The notes beneath the pieces were generated by a model. That model was not told the origin of the DNA. It saw nothing but the letters and a program-made list of their open reading frames with translations, and did not search any database. A DNA stretch of 64,000 nt from Squalus acanthias (taxonomy: Eukaryota): assembly GCA_030390025.1 (NCBI GenBank), contig CM059431.1, positions 148,678,001 through 148,742,000 on the forward strand, in the 5' to 3' direction. A program made the translations under genes and the position numbers. This document shows positions 36,574-47,915 of the stretch, in pieces (the first letter of the stretch is position 1; every line of letters begins with the position of its first letter).

Positions 36574-38659
36574 ATGGAGAGGGTGAGAGAACGCGCTCAT
36601 CGCTTCACCGAGCGGGCCTTGGATGCTCTGGTTGACGCAGTGGAGCGCAGACGATGCATGCTGTTCCCGGAGAGTGGCAGGAGGCCTTTGCCACGCGAGT
36701 TCAGAAGAGTGTGGAGGGAGGTGGCTCAGAGCGTCTCCTCCAGTAGCATGGTGCCCAGGACCCATGATCAGTGCCGCAAAAAGTTCAACGACCTCACTCG
36801 GGTCGTCAGGGTGAGTGGCTTTTTCTCAATACCTCTCCATCCCTCCATCTCAACCTCACTCTATGGCCAGAGGGTCTTAAAACCCCAATGCACAACACTC
36901 ATGCAACACCTATGGCCCTTTCATCAAACACACACACACATTCCACACTTTGCATACAGTAAGGGCTATTCACCTATGGGAGGCACATCAGGCAAGACCA
37001 TGGCTGCATATTGTAAGGGCTATTCACCTATGGGAGGCACATCAGGCAAGACCATGGCTGTATATTGACTCAGATGCTGTCCTTTTTCTTGCAGGCTAAG
37101 CTGGCTCATAATCGGAGACAGCAGCAACGGACGGGTGGAGTGCGGCTTCAGCTGCAACCCCTCAGCGATCTGGAGGAGCGCGTCCACAGGATTGTGGCAA
37201 GCCGGGTGATCGGTCCCGTCGCCACTGGGGACGCCGACCCCGTTGTGGACAGCAATGGTAAGGTCATCACTTTTTTGTCCTCTGTCCTTCCACTTGTCCC
37301 TCACAATACCAGACTTTGACACTTTCAATCCAACTTGCTAACTCCCTGCACTTATTCCTCCCTTACTGCCACCCTGTCCTCACGCTAAAGCCACTCTTGT
37401 ACCTCCCTGCTTTCAGATGGTGATTCACCAGCTGAGGAGATGGTCCCTGAAGCTGCCACTGGGAGTGATGCTGCAGCTGAGGAGGAAGAGGAAGCCGGAG
37501 CATCAGTGCCACCCTCTCCCGAGGAAGCCCATGGCCACACTGGGAACACGCCTTCCCCGGAGGGGAGCAGGGGGGAAGGGGCTGATGATGGTGAAGTTCC
37601 AGGACCCAGCGGGCTGCAGCAACACCATTGGGGGGGGAGGGAAGAACGGGGGAGCAGGGGGGAAGGGGCTGATGATGGTGAAGCTCCAGGACCCAGCGGG
37701 CTGCAGCAACGCCATTGGGGGGGGAGGGAAGAACGGGGGAGCAGGGGGGAAGGGGCTGATGATGGTGAAGCTCCAGGACCCAGCGGGCTGCAGCAACGCC
37801 ATTGGGGGGGGGGAGGGAAGAACGGGGGAGCAGGGGGGAAGGGGCTGATGATGGTGAAGCTCCAGGACCCAGCGGGCTGCAGCCACGCCATGGGGGGGGG
37901 AGGGAAGAACGGGAGCCTTCTCCCCAGAGGGAGAGTATGCCAGACACTCCTAATGCAATGGACGCAGAGGAGGAGCGGCTGATTGCAGAAATGAACAGCC
38001 AGGCGGTGGGCATGCACACTGAGCTCATGGGTGCAGTGGGAAGGGTGCCCGAATGCATTGAGGCACTGGCAAGGAGTGTGGAGCACTTCGCTGTAGCACA
38101 GGCGGATGCCACACTAAAGCTTAGTGCTGCAATTCAGTCACTGGCTGCCAGGAACCCATCTGAGACTGCTCTCATGCAGACTCAGATTGAGGCCACGCGA
38201 GCACTGACTGCTGCCATCCTCGATGGTTCGTGCACATGTCCCCGGGGCTGTCACCGTGCCGCAGCAGGCCAGCAATCTGTTCTCCGGCAAATTGCTCCGG
38301 ATGCTGAAGTGCTGCCCCGTGGGAGTGCCAGTGTGTCGGGCGAGCAGGGAGTTGCTGTCCTCTCTCACGATGACAGCATTCCTGCTGCCAACACTGTCAC
38401 TTCTCCACTGCACTTGCCACCGCCTGTAGGACAGACTGCTGCCGCCCATGCAGAGTTGGTGCAGTCTGCAGCCGGGCCCTCCAGGCCCAGAAGTGGTCGA
38501 GGCCGTCCTTCAGGGGCATCTGCAGTGTCAGGGTCTGACAAGCAGCAGCCTTCCACCAGCCTTGCTGCAGCCACTGAGGTCCCATTACGGAGGAGCAGTA
38601 GGGTTAGAAGGGGGGAAGTGCGCAAGGGAAGGAGATCACCCTCGAAGGGCAAAAAGTAG
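36574..38659 (+). CDS. Harbinger Myb/SANT-like DNA-binding protein; exons 36574-36810, 37095-37257, 37417-38659; one frameshift in a G-run near 37804-37813
   Basis: RFTERALDALVDAV..W.EVA..V..RT..QCRKKFNDL; KLAHNRR...TGG; GT-AG introns with matching phases 0 and 1. Confidence 0.85.
37563..37912 (+). repeat. 87-bp coding tandem repeat, 4 copies
   Basis: GSRGEGADDGEAPGPSGLQQRHWGGREER unit. Confidence 0.92.
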
Positions 38660-38953
38660 GAGGTGTGCCAAAATGCTGGTCATTTTTTTATTAAAGGCCG
38701 CGGTTCATGGCCCAACTTTTGTTTAGTGTTTTGGACATTATCTCCAGGTTGTGAGAACCAGTTATGTTATTGACTGTTTTTTTGTGTTTATTTCTATGAG
38801 TTTGTCATGAGGAATTGACACACACAGAGTTTGTAAAATAAATAAGTTTCTGTATTCAAAATATACATGGCTGGTGGTTGGAATTATTGGTGCCTTGGCC
38901 GGCTTAGGGGTTGCGTGCTGGGTTGATTCGTGTTTGTAGCAATGGCAGGGGCC

Positions 38954-40114
38954 CTAGAAGCGGCTTGTTATTAGTCGTTGACGGACGGCCCTTGCATTTT
39001 GACCATTGTGGGCCGCCCTCCTGCCTTGGTGCTGCTGCTGATCATCGTCCTCGGCCTGTTCCTCCTCTTCCTCCTCCTCCTCTTGTGGTGCTGCAAGGCC
39101 TGGTGGCATTGGCTGCGTCCTGAGGATTGCCATGTTGTGCAACATGCAGCACACCACTACGAATTTGGAAACTTGCTCAGGCGAGTACTGCAGGGCTCCT
39201 CCGGAATGGTCCAGACAGCGGAATCGTTGTTTGAGCACGCCGATTGTGCGCTCAATAATGTTCCTGGTTGCTTGTTGGCTTTCCTGGTACCGCAGCTCAG
39301 CAGGGGTGTTTGGCGCACGGAGCGGTGTCATCAGCCAGGTGCTCAATGCGTACCCCTTGTCCCCCAGAAGCCAACCAACTGGCTGATGCGGTGCCTCGAA
39401 AATTTCTGCCACAGTACTCTGGCGCAGGATGAAAGCATCGTGGCAGCTGCCCGGATAGTGGGCATTGACAGCGAGAATCACCTGTCTGTGGTCACAGACC
39501 AACTGCACATTCAAGGAATGGAACCCCTTTCTGTTCCGGAACTCCTCTGCATTCTCTCGCGGAGCACACAAAGCCACATGCGTGCAGTCAATGGCGCCCT
39601 GCACCATGGGGAAGCCCGCTACCCTCGCAAAGCCCATAGCACGGTCATGCTGCTTGTCTGGGGTCATAGGGAAGGAGATGAAGTCTCATCTCCTTGTGAA
39701 GAGGGCATTGGTGACCTGCCGGATGCAGCGATGCACCGCAAACTGGGAGATATTGGCGAGGTCCCCAACAGCAGCTTGGAATGAGCCAGTGGCGTAGAAG
39801 TTCAAAGCCACTGTGACCTTCACTGCCACCGACAGAGACGTCCTGGACCTCAGCTGAGGCTGCAGATCTGGCTGCAGCAGGTGGCAGAGCTCAGTGATCA
39901 CCTCCTTGCTGAATCGCAGCCTTCGCAAACACAGCTCCTCGGACATATGGATGTAGGAGAGCTGTTCACGATATACCCTGGGAGGGTAAGCTCTCCTGTA
40001 CATGCGCCTGATGGCCCTCCTCCGTCTGGCCATCATTGCCACTCTCTGTCTGCGTCTCACTATCCTCCGATTGAGCTGGAGCAGAACGACGCCCCCAATC
40101 ATTGCAGCCCCCAT
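38954..40114 (-). pseudogene. Harbinger DDE transposase (HARBI1-like) with a single in-frame TGA at 39688-39686
   Basis: ALNFYATGSFQ, GAIDCTH, NRKGFHSLNVQ, PGSCHDA, LLGDKGY, RNIIERTIG.LK.RFRCL; the two ORF pieces are in the same frame. Confidence 0.93.
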
Positions 40115-40631
40115 AATCTCTTTGCCAGAAAAGTAATGAGGTACAGCAACGAAAGTAGCAGCAAAGTTAGGATGAACTAGGCAAAACTACCTCACAAAGC
40201 GTTGAGTCAATGTAGAAGTCTCTCTCTCTCTCTCTCCGAATCTCTCTCTCTCTCTCAGAACGAGTGGTGCATAAATGTCGACCACAGAAAAAGACAGGAA
40301 GAGGCCCCCTTTAAATAGCGCCCACCCCCCAGCCCCACACCGATTGATAACGTTCCAGTCTTCCGGTCGTTGGAAGCGCCAGGCGGTAAGGCAGGGGGCG
40401 CCACTCAATTTCCGCTCCGGGGCGCCCCAAGGGCGTTGCACCACGGAATGACGTCACAATCTGCGCGCGCAGGTGGTCGCAGCGGTAAGTTTTAGCGCCG
40501 CCGCACAATCTCAAGTTAAGTTCTCGAGCGGCGCAAACAGCGCTGCGCCCGGGCGTTAGCGCCTTAACGCCCCATTAGCGCCCTCTTAAGGCGCTAACGG
40601 GAGGCGCAACCAACTGAATTTTTACCCCTTA

Positions 40632-41524
40632 GGGGTAAAAATTCAGTTGGTTGCGCCTCCCGTTAGCGCCTTAAGAGGGCGCTAATGGGGCGCAAAGCCG
40701 CTAACGCCCGGGCGCAGCGATGTTTGCGCCGCTCGAGAACTTAACTTGAGATTGTGCGGCGGCGCTAAAACTTACCGCTGCGACCACCTGCGCGCGCAGA
40801 TTGTGACGTCATTCCATGGTGCAACGCCCTTGGGGCTCCCCGTAGCGGAAATTGAGTGGCGCCCCCTGCCTTACCGCCTGGCGCTTCCAACGACCAGAAG
40901 ACTGGAACGCTATCAATCGCTGTGGGGCTGGGGGAGGCGCTATTTAAAGGGGGCCTCTTCCTGTCTTTTATTGTTGGTGGCATTTTTGAACTACGCATTC
41001 TGAGAGAGAGAGGGAGAGACTTCTGGAGAGATTCAACGTTGTGTGAAGGAGTTTTGGGTACTGAGCAGCACTTTGCAGGTTCATTTTGATTTGCCATTCC
41101 TTGTATCGATTTAGCAGAGACCGTGGGAGCTGCACTCTGAGCTCTTTGCCTGGTGCTCTCCATTGTTCTTTCCAGCACATTTGATGTGCAAGTCTCTCCA
41201 GGCCGAGATTCAAGGCAGCAATGAACAGGATGTGGATGGAAAGCAAGATTAACCATCCCCTTTAAGAACTGGCCCGTGCCATTGTGTGTGTGTTCCATTG
41301 CTGACTGACATTACATGAGCTTCGCCAGCGCTCCGAGTTAGCGCCTCACTGCTCGGCCTTTGCGCCTTAAGAGAGGTGTGCAGCGCCTGCTTTAGCGCTC
41401 CACTCACCTCCCGGGGCGGTAAAAGTGAAGTTTCCCGTCAGTGCCGATAATTAGCGCCAGGCGCTAATATTTGCGTCCGGACGATATTTGCGCCCCAAAT
41501 GGGGCGCGACCTAATTTCTACCCC
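40632..41524. mobile_element. Non-autonomous 893-bp derivative of the adjacent Harbinger, in inverted orientation
   Basis: 40632-41060 is the reverse complement of the right end and 41325-41524 of the left end of 36216-40628; no coding region. Confidence 0.92.
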
Positions 41525-41544
41525 TATGACTCTATGAATCTATG

Positions 41545-42655
41545 ACTAAGTGTGGAAGAACTAGTTGTGGAAGGATACCTGTGGTGTTAGAATGTCTGGG
41601 AGGACGTGTTGCGGAAGGACTTATTGTGGAAGGTAGGTGTGACAGGACTAAGTATGAGAAGACTCGGTGTGAAAGGACTAGTTGTGGTAGGACTAGTTGT
41701 GGGAGGACTAGGTGTGGAAGGTCTAGTCGTGGAAGGACTCGGTTTGGGAGGACTAGATGTGGGAGAACTAGGTGTGGGATGAGCAAGTTTTGGTGGATTG
41801 ATGTGGGAGGAGGAGTCGTGAGAGGAATAGTTGTGGGATGTCTAGGTTTGGGAGGACGCGTTATGGAAGGCCTACTTGTGGACGGCCTAGGTTTGCCAGA
41901 ACTTGTTGTGGGAGAGCTAGGTGTGTCAGTACTAGGTGTGGCAGGATTAGGCTTGTGAGGACTAGATGTGGGAGAACTAGGTGTGGGATGACCAAGTTTT
42001 GGTGGATTGATGTGGGAGGAGGAGTCGTGAGAGGAATAGTTGTGGGATGTCTAGGTGTGGGAGGACGCGTTATGGAAGGCCTACTTGTGGACGGCCTAGG
42101 TTTGCCAGAACTTGTTGTGGGAGAGCTAGGTGTGTCAGTGCTAGGTGTGGCAGGATTAGGCTTGTGAGGACTAGGTGTGGTAGGACTAGGTTTGGGAAGG
42201 CTAGATGTGGAAGGACTATATCGGTGAAATATCTCGAGGGTAAGATGCGGCAGCAATAAATATGGGAGGACTACGTGTAGGAGGACGGGTTATGGCAGGA
42301 CTAGGACGTTCCGTTAGCTGTGGGAGGACTAGGTGTCAGAGAGCAAAGTGGGAGGACATTGTGGGAGGACTAGCTGTGGGGAGTCTAGTTTTGGGACGCC
42401 TGGATGTGGAAGGACTAAGTTTGGGAGGACGAGGTGCTGCGGCTGGAGGTGTGCGAAGACTAGGTGTTGGATGACCCGGTGTGTGAGGACTCCGTGTGGA
42501 AGGACTAATTTTGCAATGACTAGGTGTGGGAGGACTAGATTAGAAGGACTATATTTGGGAGGACTAGGTGTTGGAGGACTTGGTGTGGGATGCCTCGGTG
42601 TGGAAAGATTATTGTGGAATGAATAGATGTGGGAGGACTAGATCTGGGAGGGCGA
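41545..42655. repeat. 15-bp-unit degenerate satellite
   Basis: AGGACTAGGTGTGGG units with a 209-bp near-exact internal duplication. Confidence 0.9.
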
Positions 42656-42930
42656 GGTACAGCACGGGTTAGATACAGAGTAAAGCTCCCTCTACACTCT
42701 CCCATCATACACTCCCAGGGAAGTTAAAGCATGTGTTAAATACAGAGTAAATCTCCCTCTACAGTGTCCCATGAAATTCTCCCATGGAAGCTACAGTACG
42801 GTTTAGATACAGAGCAAAGCACCCTCTAATGTCTTCCATCAAACAGAACCAGGGCAGGTACAACACGGGTTAGATACAGAGTAAAGCTCCCTCTACACTG
42901 TCCCATTAAACAGGTCCATGGTAGGTACAT
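42656..42930. repeat. About 65-bp tandem repeat, 4 copies
   Basis: GGGTTAGATACAGAGTAAAGCTCCCTCTACACTGTCCCAT.AAACACTCCCAGGGCAGGTACA units; a further copy near 45440-45495. Confidence 0.88.
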
Positions 42931-43849
42931 CATAGGATCATAGGGGAAAATATTCAGCAGCTTAGCGCCGGAAGATATCGCTCGAGCATTATCGCCGGGG
43001 AAATGGTTCACTGAAATGCCGTGAAATGATTAACTAAACAAGGGCTGGAAGCCTGGTAAATCAATAATCAGAGACCAAGTCCAAAAGGAGAAGGGCTCCC
43101 AACGGTACCACAACGAAATCGGTGCGACACAGGGATCCGACTGCCGCTCCTCGGAAGCGAGCGCAGTCGGCTTGTGTAAAGTGCAAGCAGTGAGGGCTGC
43201 CCTCCAGCGGTGGAAACCGCCCATCAATGGCAGAACTGTTTTTGCTCCGGAGTTCCGTGTCCCATTTCCTCCGGGGATCGCTGGTTGGAATGCTCGGTCG
43301 CTGGCACATGCTATGTCGGTGCACTGGCCCAAGAGCGAGCAAGGGAAAGTGTGTAAAGGGCGCTTCAACTGACAGCCGGGCTTTTACTGCGCCGGACGTC
43401 GGTGATTACTTCGGAAGGCAACATCGGATCTGCTACGAGTCAACGGTGGGTGAAAGAGATTGCGGAGCTAAACAGGGCAGTACCGTGCCTGTGTGGCTGC
43501 GCCTTGGTCGGACGAAATGACAGCAATGAGGCGGCAGGCCGCTTTGCAACTGATAGATTCCGCGAGCTGGCGACCGACCTCCTTGATTGCACCATTTCTG
43601 CAAGCCAAAGCGAACCGGCCTCCAGCCGTACCAGAAATAGATCAGTCCCACACATTGTAGCTTTGCGGGTGTCCCCGAAACCTATGGAGGCGGACCCGGC
43701 TGGAAAAGGTGAAATCATGAAGCAAGATGTCGCGAATAATGCCCAGTGTGTAAGGTCGAAGTGGGACATTTTTAACGGAAAAGCATTGAAATGGTTAAAT
43801 CAAAAAAGACTGGAAGGGAGGGAAATCAGTAAGCAGAGACCAAGTCGGA

Positions 43850-43990
43850 AAGGAGAAATGATTAACCAAAGAAGCTGGGGAATGAGTAACCAAAGAATTT
43901 CGGAAATGAGTAACCAAAGAAGCTGGGAAATGGGTAACGAAAGAAGGTAGGAAATGATTAACCATAGAAGATGGGAAATGATTACTTAAA
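43850..43990. repeat. 24-bp tandem repeat, 5-6 copies
   Basis: GAAATGAGTAACCAAAGAAGCTGG units. Confidence 0.85.
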
Positions 43991-44605
43991 ATTTTAAACT
44001 GGCGTTTAAAAGTTTGGAAATGATAAGGCAAATAAGCTCAAATAACAGGGGGAGGCTAAAGTCCGACTAGGTCAGCTGGTGAACCCGCTTGGGGAACTGA
44101 TTCAGCAAGTTGGAACTTTTTTCAGTAAAACCAGACGAGAAATCGAAATTCCTGCCCTGCCGCCAGGGGCAGCATTCGACATTGCATGGCGATCGGAGTC
44201 AGAAGCGGGCGGTTGGCCTCCGTGAGTACAGAGATATTGCTGTCAATGTTTGACCGAAAGAACGCAAGTGAAAGATGTGAACTGATTTTTTGGAAAATTA
44301 GTTCCAGGACGTTGTTCACCAAAATCAATTTCGTCCCGCTGATTGGGTATCTGCCTTTCGGGTACTTAGGGGTTGGCGGGGTATCTGCAGAATGGTAGGA
44401 GGCGGCAAATCGAGTCTGGCGGGGAGGAATTCCGTATCGCCCAGATTGGGGGCGGTATCTTTTGTAAGCTGGGAGATTTCGTGCAAGGCGCTAAAGATTC
44501 CCAGCTTATAAAAAAAATGGGTTTTAGGGCTCCAGGTATGAAGTGGAGTACAAAGTCAAGTCCCTTGAAGGGAAGACACATCGCTGCAGGCTCTGCAAGG
44601 CGAAA

Positions 44606-44787
44606 AATTGGAAATTTTGGAGGATGTAAATGGTAGAATAGATAAGGGAGGACCAGTGGATGTGGTGTATTTGGACTTTCCGAAGGCTTTCGATGAGGTC
44701 CCGCATAAGAGATTAGCGTGCAATGTTAAAGCACATGGGATTGGGGGTAAGGTACTGATTTGGATAGATAACAGGTTGGCAGACAGG
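44606..44787 (+). mobile_element. Short CR1 RT fragment
   Basis: VDVVYLDF.KAFD.VPHKRL. Confidence 0.85.
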
Positions 44788-45397
44788 GCGAAGCCAGAGG
44801 AAAGCCCGTAGCGGTCCTGACGTGCAAATTGTTCATCCGACCTGTTTGTAGGGGCGAAAGGCTAGTCGAACCATCTGGTGGCTGGTTCCTTCTGAAGTAT
44901 CTGGTGCACGTCCATATGCAGTTTTATCTGGAAAACCAATGATTAGAGGTTTTGGGGCAGAAACAATCTCAACCTATTCTCAAACTTTAAATGGCTAATA
45001 AGCACGACTCGCTGCTTGGAGCCCGGCGTGGAATGCGATTGCCTAGTGGACCACTTATGCTAAGTAGAACTGTCACTGCGGGATGAACCGAACGCTCGAT
45101 AAGACGCCCAATCCCGACACCCATCAGCCCCCCAAAATGAGTTGGTTGATGGAGGACGGTGGCCTTGGAAGTCGGAATCCGCTAAGGAGTGTGTAACACC
45201 TCACCTGCCGAATTAACTAGCTCTGAAAATGAATGGCGCTACAGCGTTGGGCCCACACCCGGTCGTAGCAGGCAATGGAGAGCACGCGGGGGATAGGCCG
45301 TGATGAGTAGCAGGTGCAGATCTTGTTCGTCGCAGCAAATATTCAAAACGAGAACTTTGAAGGCCGAATTGGAGAAGAGTTCCACCTGAACAGCAGT
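44784..45397 (+). pseudogene. Decayed eukaryotic 28S rRNA fragment
   Basis: Conserved LSU tracts GGGCGAAGCCAGAGGAAA, CGTAGCGGTCCTGACGTGCAAAT, ATCTCAACCTATTCTCAAACTTTAAATGG and GGAAGTCGGAATCCGCTAAGGAGTGTGTAACA, with many substitutions and deletions. Confidence 0.93.
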
Positions 45398-45495
45398 GCT
45401 TTATCGGCACAGTCATATCAAGCACTCACAGCCAGGTTTACCAAGTGTAAGATACAGAGTAAAGCACCCTCTGCACTGCCGATCAAACACTCCCT

Positions 45496-47720
45496 CATCT
45501 GTCTCTCTCTGTGTCACCCATCATCTGTCTCGCCCCAGTCTCTATCCATACATCTCTCACCCTGTCTTCTATATCCCCCTCTGGTCTATCTCTCTCCCTC
45601 AATCTCCCAAAATATGTATCTCTAATTGTCTCCCCCTGTCGGTCTCTCTCTCTGTCTCCAGTTGACTGTCTCTTCAGTGTCTCTCTCCTCCAGTCTGTCT
45701 TTCTCTCTGACACCCCTCACCTGCCCTCATCGTCTATGTCCACCCTGTCAGATTCCCCCGTCTGTCTTTCTCGCTATCTATGCATGTCTGTCTCCCCCGT
45801 CTATCTCTCCCCCCTCCCTCTCTTTGATTCACCGTCTGCCTCTCCATTTGTCGCCCCCATTCTGTCTACACCGCGTCTGTCTCCCTGCATCCGTCTACAC
45901 ACCGTTTGTCTCTCTGTTTGTCTCTCTCCCTCTGCCTCCACATCTGTCTCTGCATCATATTTCCCTATCAGGCTTAGCCCTTCTCTCTCCCCGTCTGTCT
46001 CCCCCAACTGTCTTCATCAGAATCTCTCCACCCGTCTTTCCCCAACTTGGGTCTGTCATTCAATCCTTCTCCCTCATATGTCTCTCTTTCTCTCTCTGTC
46101 TCTCCCCCTCTGTCTTCCCCGCGTCTGTCTCCCTGCATCTATATCCCCCAATCTGTCTATTTTCCTGTCTCCCCCGTATGTTTCCCCATCTCACTCTCTG
46201 TCTTTCTCCTCCGCGTCTGTCTCTGTCTCTCTGTCCCACCTCGTATGTCTCCCCCGTCTGTCTCCTCCCCCTCTGTATCACTCTGTTTCCAGCCTGTCTC
46301 TCTCTCTCTCTCTATCTGTATCTCCCACATCTGTCTTCGTCGTCTGTCTGTCTCTGTCTCCTTTCCATCTGTCTCCACGTTCTGCCTCCTCGCGTCTGTC
46401 ACCCCAGTTTGCCTCCCCATCTGTCTCTCTCTATGTCACCCACAACCTGTCTCCCCCAGTGTGTAACCATGCATCTCCCCCGACCCGGTCTGTCACTCGC
46501 TCACTATCCCCCACCGTTTGTCTCTGTCTTTCTCCCAACTGACGGTCTCTCTCTCAACCCCACCCCCAAGATTTCTTCCACCCATCTCACTCTATCCGTC
46601 TCTCTCTCTCCATCTCTCTCTCTCACTCCGTCTGTCTCTCTCTCTGTCACCCACCATCTGTCTCACCCCGCCGGTCTGTCTGTCTCTTCCTGCTTCCTCC
46701 CGTTTGCCTCCCGGTCTGTCTCCCCCCATCTGCCTGCCTCTCTCTCTGTCTCCTCCCTACACATCTGCTTGCCATCTCTCTCCCACCATCTCTCTCTCTC
46801 TCTGTCTCTGTCTCCACCTCATCAGCCTCTCTCTTTTTCTACCCTTCTGCCTCCCCATCTCTCTCCCTCTCTGACAGCCCCGTCTGTCTCCATCCCATCA
46901 GTCCCACCCGTCTGCATTCATAAAGTCTGCTTCCTCCCATCTATCTACTACCTGTCTCTCTCCATCCATCTCTCTCCCCGCCAGTGTGTCTCCCCGCTAC
47001 CGGTTTGTCACTCTCTCTCGAACTCCCACCTGGCCGTCTCTCTCTCTGTCTCTCCCAGTCTGTCTCCTCTGCATCTCTCTCCCACGTCTGTCTCACTCTC
47101 TGTCTTCCCTCAGCTGTACGCCTCATCTTTCTCCACACAATCTGCTTCTCTCTCTGTTTCTCATCACCGTCTTTCTCTACCATTTTATGCCCATGTCTGT
47201 CTCCCTTCTGTCTCCACCCGTCTGTCTCTCCCGTCTGTCTTCACCCGTCTGTCTCCCCCGTCCTGCTCTCTGTGTCTCATTCTATCTGTGTTGTCGTCTG
47301 TTTCTCATCTCTCTCTCTCTCTCTCTGCATCCCCTTCACCTGTCTCCCCCTCTGACTCCCCAGATTTATTTATTTCTCTGTCTCCCGCGTCTCTCTCTCT
47401 CTCTTTCTCTCTCTCATTCTCTCTCTCTCTCTCTCTCTCTTTACCATCCCCCATCTCTCTGTCTCTCACTCTCTCTCCTCCATCACGCTCCAATTATCTC
47501 TCTCTCCCAGCCTTGATCCTAGAGTCTCTCATAGGCTCTGTCTCGCCCATATATCTCCCTCGCTCTCTCTCACCTGTTTGTCTCCAACAGTCTGATTCAC
47601 CATGTCTGCTTCCTACTGCCTGTGTCCTTCTGTCTGCCTCTCTCTCTGTCTCCTCCCTATCCGCCTCCCTGCAGTCCGTCTCCACTATCTGTCTCTCTCT
47701 CTCAATCTGTCTCCACCCCT
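45496..47720. repeat. CT-rich degenerate satellite
   Basis: CCGTCTGTCTC/CCATCTGTCTC motifs interspersed with (CT)n. Confidence 0.9.
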
Positions 47721-47915
47721 TTTAAAGTGCGGGACGCAGTGGTTGCTGGGTAGGTGATTAATTTTTACCTGTATATAAGTTGGGCGGTTCCTAAACCCGA
47801 GACACTACACTTGTAGTGTCCCCCACCTTTCCTCCTCCTCTAACCTAAAGGAGGTGAGTGACTATCAGGTAAGCTCTTTTTTGTTCTAGTTTAATCTGCA
47901 AGTTAGCTGGAGGGG

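Larger units (their letters stand above)
36216..40628. mobile_element. PIF/Harbinger DNA transposon, full length
   Basis: TIRs GGGGTAGAAATT...AATTTTTACCCC; flanks TAA and TTA; convergent Myb-like and DDE transposase genes. Confidence 0.95.

Noticed and set aside
39686..39688. Programmed readthrough or selenocysteine at the transposase TGA
   Set aside because: No supporting signal seen; a point mutation is simpler
38978..39784. 268-aa plus-strand ORF
   Set aside because: Antisense shadow of the GC-rich transposase gene
36574..40114. Domesticated host genes HARBI1 or NAIF1
   Set aside because: Both genes lie between intact TIRs in transposon arrangement and carry lesions
44784..45397. Functional rRNA gene
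   Set aside because: Only about 600 bp, with substitutions and deletions in conserved tracts and no other rDNA parts
45511..47725. Long Ser/Leu/Pro/Cys-rich ORFs (343 and 699 aa), and similar ones at 51736-52833 and 58697-63998
   Set aside because: By-products of stop-poor CT/GA satellite; no domain motifs
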